Shown piece by piece: positions 9,677 through 17,955 of a stretch of DNA of 64,000 bases (the stretch's first letter is position 1; each line of letters starts with the position of its first letter). The DNA is from an uncultured Chitinophagales bacterium (GTDB lineage: Bacteria > Bacteroidota > Bacteroidia > Chitinophagales > JADIYW01): assembly GCA_964642875.1 (NCBI GenBank), contig CAZXRF010000003.1:554-64553 (forward strand), in the 5' to 3' direction. The notes beneath the pieces were generated by a model. The model saw only the letters and a list, made by a program, of their open reading frames with translations. It did not search any database and was not told where the DNA came from. The position numbers and the translations under genes are program-made.

Positions 9677-11545
9677 ATGATAACTCAAAATAGAATTCCG
9701 GTTTTTACTTCATTGCCAATTGAGTCACAGGAAAAAGTAAATACAAAAAATAATTATAACAAAAAAAGACTATTCAAACTTTCTCTCTATTCAGTTTTAA
9801 TTGCCGTATGTATAAGTTTTATTGCTAAATTTCTTGTTCATCTAATTGACCTCATTACCAATATTTCATTTTATGGAAAATTTTCGATGCAACCAGCAAA
9901 TCCTGCACATAATACCTATGGTTGGTGGGTCATTATTATACCTGTTATAGGAGGACTTATTATTGGATTAATGGCTTTGTTTGGCTCAAAAGCAATACGC
10001 GGACATGGCATTCCAGAGGCGATGGAACAGATTCTTACCAATGAAAGTAAAATAAGACCCTCCATCACATTTCTAAAACCATTATCAGCTGCAATATCAA
10101 TAGGAACTGGTGGACCGTATGGAGCAGAAGGCCCGATAATTGCTACTGGTGGTGCATTAGGTTCTACCTTAGGGCAGATTTTAAATATAACTCCAAACGA
10201 ACGAAAAATATTATTAACCTGTGGTGCAACGGCTGGTATGTCTGCTATTTTCGGAAGCCCTGTTGCTGGTATATTTTTAGCAATAGAATTGCTACTATTC
10301 GAGTATTCGGCACGTTCATTTATTCCGGTGGCATTAGCTTGCATTACAGGTGCTGCCGGTCATCATTTTTTATTTGAAGAAGGCGTAGTTTTTCCAATCA
10401 AAGAGGTATTACCAATAGCAACAAATTATGCACTAACGTATTATAGTGCAATGGGAATTGCAATGGGTTTTATTGCTGTAGCTGTAACAAAAATAGTATA
10501 TGGTATTGAAGATTTATTCGAAAAATTACCGATACATTGGGCATGGTGGCCGGCCATAGGTGCTATTGCAGTTGGCGTAGTAGGTTATTACGAACCAAGA
10601 ACATTAGGAGTTGGATATTATAATATAACAGATATTTTATCAGGTACTATGCCTTTAATGCTGGTAACTTCACTTTGTATTTTAAAATTTACATCGTGGT
10701 CAATTTCATTGGGAAGTGGTACATCCGGTGGTACACTTGCACCATTGCTTACCATTGGCGGTGCATTAGGGTTACTTATGGGTGCATTAGGTGAAAAACT
10801 ATTCCCAAATGCTGGAATATCCATTCAGATGTCGGCATTAGTGGCAATGTCAGCAATGTTTGCAGGTGCTTCGAGAGCGTTTTTAACTTCTATCGTATTT
10901 GCGCTAGAAACGACCGGACAAGTGAATGCATTATTGCCATTATTAGCCACATGTACATCAGCCTATTTTGTATCTTATTTTTTAATGGATAATACAATTA
11001 TGACTGAAAAAATTGCTCGAAGAGGTGTAAATACACCCGATTATTACGGCCCTGATTTATTAGAAAATGTAAAGGCTAAAGAGGTAGCAACAGAAGGTTT
11101 AATTATTAGTAGTAAAATAACTGTAAGAGAAATTAGAAATTGGCTGGAGCACGAAACAGACATGCATGCTAATTATTTTATTATTGCTGATGAAGAAAAT
11201 AAATACGCAGGACTATTAAGCTCAGCAACATTGTTTAATTCTCTATATAGTGAAGAAACCGAGGTCTGCGATTTAATAAAACGTAAAGATATTTTTGCTC
11301 ACCCAGATGATTCTTTGAAATCTGTAGTTGAAATGATGGTAAATGAGAATGTTGACTTATTACCCATCATTGCAAATAATGAAATTATGGGTGTTTTATC
11401 GCACACACAAATTTTGGCTGTTTTGAAAAATGGAATTGATGAAGACATAAAAAAAACTACACATATTTCTCTAAATAGACAGCGATTAAAAATCTTAGTT
11501 CGAGGACAGAAATTGATGTCTTTTATAAATAGAAAGAAAAAATAG
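9677..11545 (+). CDS. ClC-family chloride channel/antiporter with C-terminal CBS pair
   Basis: 622 aa with ClC selectivity-filter-like motifs GHGIPE and GAEGP (gating Glu present) and GGTLAP, plus a soluble C-terminal tail of about 170 aa with a CBS-like pattern. Confidence 0.85.
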   Translation: MITQNRIPVFTSLPIESQEKVNTKNNYNKKRLFKLSLYSVLIAVCISFIAKFLVHLIDLITNISFYGKFSMQPANPAHNTYGWWVIIIPVIGGLIIGLMALFGSKAIRGHGIPEAMEQILTNESKIRPSITFLKPLSAAISIGTGGPYGAEGPIIATGGALGSTLGQILNITPNERKILLTCGATAGMSAIFGSPVAGIFLAIELLLFEYSARSFIPVALACITGAAGHHFLFEEGVVFPIKEVLPIATNYALTYYSAMGIAMGFIAVAVTKIVYGIEDLFEKLPIHWAWWPAIGAIAVGVVGYYEPRTLGVGYYNITDILSGTMPLMLVTSLCILKFTSWSISLGSGTSGGTLAPLLTIGGALGLLMGALGEKLFPNAGISIQMSALVAMSAMFAGASRAFLTSIVFALETTGQVNALLPLLATCTSAYFVSYFLMDNTIMTEKIARRGVNTPDYYGPDLLENVKAKEVATEGLIISSKITVREIRNWLEHETDMHANYFIIADEENKYAGLLSSATLFNSLYSEETEVCDLIKRKDIFAHPDDSLKSVVEMMVNENVDLLPIIANNEIMGVLSHTQILAVLKNGIDEDIKKTTHISLNRQRLKILVRGQKLMSFINRKKK

Positions 11546-11591
11546 TTGACTTCTTTTTATTGTCCTTTTATGTTATCTGCATATTAATCTT

Positions 11592-12038
11592 ATGTTCAGA
11601 TTTGCAACTATGACATTTGTCATTGTGCAATGCAATACTATACTATATTTTTACCTTGTGAAATACTCCGTAATATTCCTCGTTTCGATAATGCTCTTCA
11701 TACGACCATTGGTGCCAGTGGTGGACTATATCGTAAATTATGATTATATAAAGTCGGTGCTATGTATAAATAAATTTAATCCCGAAAAAAAATGTAATGG
11801 AAAATGTCATTTGAAAAAAGAATTAGAGGATGTTTTCAACGACAAGAAAAATGATAAAGCACCCCTAAAATCTTCCGTTAGCGAAGAGGTGACAGCACTG
11901 TTTTATCAAAAAATAATTAACTACTCTTTTGGCAGTAATAAATCAATCACGTCGTATAAAGTAATACCTTATTACACTGAAAACTATTCCTACAATCTTA
12001 TCAAGGAATACTTTCACCCGCCCTGCTCTCAGATATAA
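11592..12038 (+). CDS. Small membrane protein with a C-x9-C-x3-C-H motif (hypothetical)
   Basis: Hydrophobic N-terminus then LCINKFNPEKKCNGKCH. First gene of a same-strand trio ending in a TonB-dependent receptor. True start may be an internal Met. Confidence 0.45.
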   Translation: MFRFATMTFVIVQCNTILYFYLVKYSVIFLVSIMLFIRPLVPVVDYIVNYDYIKSVLCINKFNPEKKCNGKCHLKKELEDVFNDKKNDKAPLKSSVSEEVTALFYQKIINYSFGSNKSITSYKVIPYYTENYSYNLIKEYFHPPCSQI

Positions 12039-12128
12039 ACAATAAAATCAATTTATCAGCGTCTTTTCTCTCTGTAGAGAAAACACTGTATTTGTTTGAA
12101 AATTTATATCACCTATTATTTTAATATC

Positions 12129-12968
12129 ATGAAAAAAATATCTCTTATAGCCATAGCTATATTCTCCATTACATTTATTTCTTGTAATAAAGAAAAAACT
12201 GCAACACCAAATGAAACAGATGGTTTGAAATTATTAAAAGTAATTTCTAACGATACAAACAGTGTAGAATTATATACCCGAACCGGAAATTTATTAGTAG
12301 GATACAACGATATTTACTTACGTATAAAAAACAAAAATACCGGAGTTTATAAAACAGACGCAACAATAAATTGGATGCCGATAATGCATATGACCTCTAT
12401 GACGCATAGTGCGCCAAAATCTTCTATTTCTAAGGTAGCCGGAATGCAAACATTGTACAAAGGATACATCGTATTTCAAATGCCAGAAAATCTTTCCGAA
12501 AGATGGACTTTGTCTTTAGCTGTGCAATCCGGAGGAATTACTTCGGGTATGATGGATACTATTCCTGTAAATAATTCTGACAAAAAACGGGTAGTGGTAT
12601 TCACCGGTGCAGATGCACAAAAATATATATTAGCTTACACAACGCCAGCTACTCCTACTGTTGCTGTGAATGATTTTACCGTTTGTTTATTTAAAAAGGA
12701 AACAATGATGATGTTTCCCCCAGTTACAGATGCAATAATATTATTTGATCCACGTATGACAAGTATGGGAAATCATTCCAGCCCAAATAATGTACAGCCA
12801 GTATTTAGCACAACCGATAATTTATATCACGGAAAATTATCTTTAACCATGACTGGATATTGGAAACTGAATTTTATAGTAAAAGATGCAACTAGTACTG
12901 TGCTGAAAGGCGAAGAGGTAACTACAAGTAATGAAAGTAGCAGCCTTTACTTAGAATTAGAATTTTAA
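12129..12968 (+). CDS. Lipoprotein with Met/His-rich motifs (hypothetical, possible metal-binding)
   Basis: Lipobox FISC after MKKISLIAIAIFSIT, with motifs MPIMHMTSMTH and RMTSMGNH. Start moved to the ATG at 12129. Confidence 0.6.
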   Translation: MKKISLIAIAIFSITFISCNKEKTATPNETDGLKLLKVISNDTNSVELYTRTGNLLVGYNDIYLRIKNKNTGVYKTDATINWMPIMHMTSMTHSAPKSSISKVAGMQTLYKGYIVFQMPENLSERWTLSLAVQSGGITSGMMDTIPVNNSDKKRVVVFTGADAQKYILAYTTPATPTVAVNDFTVCLFKKETMMMFPPVTDAIILFDPRMTSMGNHSSPNNVQPVFSTTDNLYHGKLSLTMTGYWKLNFIVKDATSTVLKGEEVTTSNESSSLYLELEF

Positions 12969-12977
12969 AATCATTAA

Positions 12978-13018
12978 AATAACAGAAGGTATCTATTCAA
13001 AAAATACCTTCTGTTATT
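12978..13018 (+). terminator. Perfect 15-bp stem hairpin between the lipoprotein and receptor genes (terminator/attenuator)
   Basis: AATAACAGAAGGTAT - 11 nt loop - ATACCTTCTGTTATT followed by ATTATTAT, which is only a weak U tract. Confidence 0.5.
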
Positions 13019-13082
13019 ATTATCTATTCAATTTTTACACCTATTGATATTAAAAAATTCATCTGTACTAAAATCTATCGAA

Positions 13083-15104
13083 ATGAAATTTAGATTTATA
13101 ATTATGCTTTTACTTTCTTTATATACACAAAGAAATGCATTTGCTCAAGATACATTGTTAGAACCGATAAGCTCTATAAAATTAGATGAAATTGTTGTCA
13201 CCAGCCGGCCATTGATAAATTACACCAAACAATCCAAACCACTTTCTTCTATCGATGAATATTTAAATAAAACAATGAACCTTGCTTTGATTAGAAGAGG
13301 TAGTTATGCGTGGGAACCGATGATGAATAACATGACCAACGAGCGTTTGCAAATCACCATTGACGGGATGCATATTTTTGGTGCTTGTACTGACAAAATG
13401 GATCCGATTACATCGTATGTTGATGTTTCCAATCTATCAGATGTGAAAGTAAGTTCAGGGCAAGAAGGCACGGCTTATGGCCCAACGATCGGCGGTTCTA
13501 TTGACTTGATGCGAAAAAAACATGAGTTCTGTTTTCCTGGCTGGTCAGGCTCCGTTAACTTGGGATATGAGTCAAACGGTAATTTGTTTACAGCAGCAAC
13601 GCGTGTAAAATACGCCCACGAAAAGTTTTTTGCCGATGTAGATTTTACGTATAGAGATGCCGGAAATTACAAAGCCGGAAAAAGAACAGAAGTACCCTTT
13701 TCTCAATTTACAAAATACAATGCATCTATTTCTTTAGGAGCAAAATTAAATGCAAAAAATGAACTTCGTGGTTCTTTTATTTTTGATGATGCCATAAATG
13801 TCGGCTATCCTGCATTGCCGATGGATGTTGCTTTTGCACGTGCTTACATAGCCTCTTTAGAACACACTGTAGAAAATGTAAATCCATTTATAGAAGAATG
13901 GACAACTCGAATTTATTACAATACTATTCACCATCAAATGGACGACACCAAACGCCCCGTAGTGCCGATACACATGGATATGCCCGGCTGGAGTACTACG
14001 TATGGAATTTATTCGCGTATGAAAGCAGCACGCAAAAAACATGAATTGGCGTTAAATATAAATGCTTACGTAAATAAAGCAAAAGCAGAAATGACCATGT
14101 ATCCAAAGGATACCACAGAAAAACCGATGTTTATGTACACATGGCCCGATGTGCAAACGATATATGCGGGAGCGAATGTTTCAGACAAATATACTATCAA
14201 TAAACAGCATAGTATTCGTTTTTCTGCGGCTGCCGGTTTGCATCGTAATTATGTGGCAAGTGCTTTTGGATTAAACAGTTTGCGTATATTTTATCCTGAA
14301 TTAAAGGCAGCAAAAAACAGAGGTATTTTTAGTGTGCAAGCAGGATATGGGTATGCAAAAAAGAATTGGTCGTTTAGCGCAGGAATAGCATTCGGTGAGC
14401 GTGCGCCAACGGTTTCGGAAGCGTACGGTTTTTATTTATTCAATAGTGCTGATGGGTATGATTACATTGGAAACCCTTATTTGAAAAATGAAAAATCGCT
14501 GGAAATAAATACAACATTAACTTATAAAATACCGAAAGTAAAATGGCATTTGGGTTTAAATTATTTCCATATTTTAGATTATATCATTGGCGTACCTAAT
14601 ACAGCTTTTATCCCGATGACGATGGGAGCAAAAGGAATAAAAGAATATCATTCTTTAAAAGCAGTAAACATGGTGAGTACAGAGTGTGGGGTGAATTATC
14701 GCCCGCATCCTTCGTGGAAAGTAAATATGGTGGTGAGTTATAATTTTGGCAGAGATTTGCTACAACAAAATTTGCCGCTGATACGTCCGTTTAGTTTCCG
14801 AACTGGATTGGCATATACTATTAAAGGATTGGAGATGGAGGTAGATGTGGAAGGCGCTACCAAGCAATATGCTTATAGTGCAGTATATGCTGAGCGACCC
14901 TCGCCGGCGTATGCAGTTATAAATTTTTCAGCAGGATATATAGTGCCGATTCAGCAGCATAGTTTATATTTAAAAATTGGCGTGGAAAACATTGCAGATA
15001 CATATTATTCTACCTATTCCGATTGGAATAAGATTCCAAGAAAAGGGAGGAATTTTTATGTGAATTTGTCGTTTATGTTTAACAATAAAAAACAAAGTGA
15101 ATAA
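13083..15104 (+). CDS. TonB-dependent outer membrane receptor, OprC/NosA-like (putative copper receptor)
   Basis: Signal peptide, TonB-box-like DEIVVTS, plug plus a 22-strand-size barrel and a terminal aromatic region. CTDKM and HQM motifs lie 182 residues apart. Start moved to the ATG at 13083. Confidence 0.85.
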   Translation: MKFRFIIMLLLSLYTQRNAFAQDTLLEPISSIKLDEIVVTSRPLINYTKQSKPLSSIDEYLNKTMNLALIRRGSYAWEPMMNNMTNERLQITIDGMHIFGACTDKMDPITSYVDVSNLSDVKVSSGQEGTAYGPTIGGSIDLMRKKHEFCFPGWSGSVNLGYESNGNLFTAATRVKYAHEKFFADVDFTYRDAGNYKAGKRTEVPFSQFTKYNASISLGAKLNAKNELRGSFIFDDAINVGYPALPMDVAFARAYIASLEHTVENVNPFIEEWTTRIYYNTIHHQMDDTKRPVVPIHMDMPGWSTTYGIYSRMKAARKKHELALNINAYVNKAKAEMTMYPKDTTEKPMFMYTWPDVQTIYAGANVSDKYTINKQHSIRFSAAAGLHRNYVASAFGLNSLRIFYPELKAAKNRGIFSVQAGYGYAKKNWSFSAGIAFGERAPTVSEAYGFYLFNSADGYDYIGNPYLKNEKSLEINTTLTYKIPKVKWHLGLNYFHILDYIIGVPNTAFIPMTMGAKGIKEYHSLKAVNMVSTECGVNYRPHPSWKVNMVVSYNFGRDLLQQNLPLIRPFSFRTGLAYTIKGLEMEVDVEGATKQYAYSAVYAERPSPAYAVINFSAGYIVPIQQHSLYLKIGVENIADTYYSTYSDWNKIPRKGRNFYVNLSFMFNNKKQSE

Positions 15105-15401
15105 TATAAAAGATTGATTTTGTAAGCGTATTATAGAGAATAAAATCTTTATTTTACTGCATCAAAGGTTCGTTGATTGTCGGACGATCAGCTACTTTCT
15201 GGCGGAAGAGAGACAAGCATGTTAGGTAGGTAGGATAAGTTTTCATTTTCGGATTTACTTTTTTAAATAACTTTCATAATTCTTTTTTTGAAAATGTAGC
15301 TTTTTTTTTCTTTAATAAATATTCACTTAATTGAAATTTCACAAACTGTAAAGTTGAAAACAAATTAGTCTTTTTGAAAGCTGCTTTATATATTTTTTGT
15401 T

Positions 15402-15867
15402 CTAATTTTTTTGATGATGATAGTATGCTATTGAAATTGGATTTCTTAAGTCGTCGAAAACGATAGGGTTGTAACCAACAAGCCCGTATATACTATCCTC
15501 CTCGAATTTAGAATTATAGAAATCATTATTTAGTGATGAACCAATTACTTTAGACTCTCTTACACTATTAGCATTTATTTGCAAATGGACAATGCCCGGT
15601 TCTATCCAAAATATACACAACTTTCCTGTGTCTTCATTTTGGATATAAAAGCAAGGTAATGGTTCTTGGATTTCTACTTGAAATGTATCCGTTTTTTTGT
15701 ATTCCTTCGCATATAAGTGTGCTTTGACTCATGATATAAAATTCATTTTTAATATCAGCATTAGTTGTATTAATAATGATAGAGCATTTCTCGTTAGCAA
15801 AGGTGGCGCTTGACCATAAAATAAATAGTAGAATTGGAAATGTTTTTTTTACAGTCTGAGATGAAGT
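15402..15867 (-). pseudogene. Decayed small secreted-protein gene (lost start, frameshift at an A7 tract)
   Basis: One frame reads V-KKTFPILLFILWSSATFANE... (signal-peptide-like, GTA where a start codon is expected) and stops near 15636. The next frame is open from 15728 to 15402. Deleting one A in the A7 run (T7 at 15692-15698 on +) fuses them into a protein of about 150 aa. Confidence 0.35.
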
Positions 15868-15981
15868 TTAAATTTGTTTTTAAAAATATTAATTACAACA
15901 AGCTGCATTATATTTTATACATTGGTCATTACTACTGGATTGTAGGATGGATTTCTAGCGTTCCAATAACTTGACCAGCAT

Positions 15982-16284
15982 TTACATGCTTGAAACGATG
16001 TTGATATACCTTCTTTTATTATTTTCAAATTTTGTCTCAACTATTACATTTCCATCATAATCATAAACACCTATATTTTTACTGTCGAATAAAATTTCAT
16101 AAAAATCAAGAAGAATATCTTTCTTCATTGACATAAAAATATTTAAATTACCATTTATCCCAACCAACTTACTGTACTCCAATTTTAGACCTTCAATAAA
16201 GGCTTTCTTTTCATAGTGTTCTAATGCCTTAAATGAAAGTATCCTTTTTGTATATACATTTGTGTCGTTTATTGTATTTGTATT
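15982..16284 (-). pseudogene. Second small ORF remnant without a canonical ATG
   Basis: 101-codon open frame bounded by a stop at 16285-16287. The only candidate start is the TTG at 16182 (66 aa). Lies directly downstream of the lipoprotein gene on the same strand. Confidence 0.25.
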
Positions 16285-16342
16285 TTATACATTTAATAGT
16301 TGAACTTAGTGAAACATTTTATTAAATTAAAAAGGATTTTAA

Positions 16343-17464
16343 TTATTTTATCCAAACGACATTGTAAACATCTTTGTAATAGCCAATTTTTATTTGAGAA
16401 TAGTCTATCCAATCGCTGCCCACTGTTCCTTTGCGTAAATTATTTAATGTATTGAATCCGTTGATAGCCACTTTTACACGCTGTGCCGCATTGGATAAAT
16501 CATTTACATTGTTTGGAATTACAATGGTGTAGCCTTTTCCAGTTTCTCTGTCTTTGTTGGTACCCACAAAAATATTTCCAAAAAATACAAACTTATGCCC
16601 AGTGAGTTGTATCATTAATTTATCGATATCTGCAAATTGTTTCATCAGCGGTTTATCCCACATAGGTTGTAAAATATATACTTGTTCATGCGCACCAAAT
16701 TGTATGGCGGCAGCCGTTTGAATATCTTGATACAATGCACAATTGCCGACGTGTAAGGCATTTTCGGCTTGTTCTTGTAATCTAAAACCTTCTTTGGCTT
16801 CATTGGTCATCCATGTTTCATTTTTTATTTTAGCTGCGCCTACTTTTTTATTTAAAATTCCAAAAGAACCAATATCTGTAAGTACATCAATTTGTCCGTC
16901 TATTAAAATCTGAGCAGATTGTAACATGGTAGTTGTCAAATCGGTAGCTCCAAATGGAATATTAATATTGTTATCGATTAAAACTTGTCGCAACATAAGT
17001 GCTTGCACCAAGCCGGAGCGTACTTCGTTGGCAGCAAATATGCCAAGCTGCGTCCACATAAATTCAGGGTATTTTCGCTCTAGTGCATCGTAACTCATCA
17101 ATACAAAAGCATTTCGGGCTAGTATTATTTTTCCTGTCGAGCCATTGTAAAATATAGTTGCTTTTTGGGTAACCAATGCAGCGTGTGCCAAGAAGTTGTC
17201 TTTGATTTGGTTGTAGGTATGTTGGATGGAAACAGTTGTATCTACCGTGGCTGATAGTACATCAATATCATTTGCTATTGTTCGTATTTCATTGAAAAAC
17301 TGACGTTCTTTCCAAGATATTTCTGTAGTATCTTGTAGTAAATATTTCATTTCATTTAATACGCTTATTTTATGCTCTATATTGGTGCAAGATTCTATTT
17401 TGTGCTCTTTCTTACATCCAACAATAGAAAATATAAGTGCAAGTAGGTATGTTTTTTTCATCAT
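16343..17464 (-). CDS. Hypothetical lipoprotein (373 aa)
   Basis: Lipobox IVGC after MMKKTYLLALIFS. No motif I can assign to a known family. Confidence 0.6.
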   Translation of the reverse strand: MMKKTYLLALIFSIVGCKKEHKIESCTNIEHKISVLNEMKYLLQDTTEISWKERQFFNEIRTIANDIDVLSATVDTTVSIQHTYNQIKDNFLAHAALVTQKATIFYNGSTGKIILARNAFVLMSYDALERKYPEFMWTQLGIFAANEVRSGLVQALMLRQVLIDNNINIPFGATDLTTTMLQSAQILIDGQIDVLTDIGSFGILNKKVGAAKIKNETWMTNEAKEGFRLQEQAENALHVGNCALYQDIQTAAAIQFGAHEQVYILQPMWDKPLMKQFADIDKLMIQLTGHKFVFFGNIFVGTNKDRETGKGYTIVIPNNVNDLSNAAQRVKVAINGFNTLNNLRKGTVGSDWIDYSQIKIGYYKDVYNVVWIK

Positions 17465-17574
17465 TTTAAAATAAGTAAATGCAACAATATTACGTAATTT
17501 TTAAGCTAATTGCAAATGACTAAAAGGTTAGTAATATTCCAAATTATATTTTACTATTTTAAAAATTACTTTTA

Positions 17575-17582
17575 TATCTTTA
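17575..17582 (+). promoter_or_regulatory. -7 box TATCTTTA, 4 nt upstream of the purS ATG
   Basis: Near-consensus TAnnTTTG element. Same sequence and spacing as upstream of ruvB. Confidence 0.35.
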
Positions 17583-17586
17583 TGCC

Positions 17587-17832
17587 ATGTTATACACTGC
17601 CGAAATACATGTAATGCCGTTGAAAGAATTGCTAGATCCACAAGGAAAAGCAGTAGAGCAAGGATTGCACAACTTAGGATTTCAATGCTCTAACGTACGC
17701 ATAGGAAGAAATATTACGCTGAAAATAGAAGCGGATACTAAAGATGCTGCAATTGTAATTGTGGAGGAAGCCTGCAAAAAACTTCTTCATAATCCGGTGA
17801 TGGAATATTATGAGTTTACGGTAAGTGAATAA
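17587..17832 (+). CDS. purS: Phosphoribosylformylglycinamidine synthase subunit PurS
   Basis: 81 aa with the characteristic size and pattern (V.PK..LLDPQG.AV...L..LGF..V..VR.GR). Confidence 0.85.
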   Translation: MLYTAEIHVMPLKELLDPQGKAVEQGLHNLGFQCSNVRIGRNITLKIEADTKDAAIVIVEEACKKLLHNPVMEYYEFTVSE

Positions 17833-17955
17833 TTTATTTCACTAAAAAGATTTTAGTTTTTAAAACTGAATTTAATCCGCAATTCATTACACCTGTTTTT
17901 AGAATCCTAATGCTATACAATTTGGTATTGTCTAAATTAATATTTAGGCTTAAAC

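Noticed and set aside
9677-11545. ClC protein considered as a fluoride-specific CLC-F exporter
   Set aside because: It has C-terminal CBS domains, the canonical gating Glu and GxGIPE-type motifs. No fluoride-riboswitch-like leader is present in the 60-nt upstream gap.
15160-15240. Locally GC-richer patch with a small G-U-containing hairpin (TTGATTG-TCGGA-CGATCAG), considered as a possible ncRNA or riboswitch
   Set aside because: It does not match any RNA family I can recognise (SRP, 6S, tmRNA, RNase P or common riboswitch cores), and the single 7-bp hairpin is weak. It may be a relic of coding sequence.
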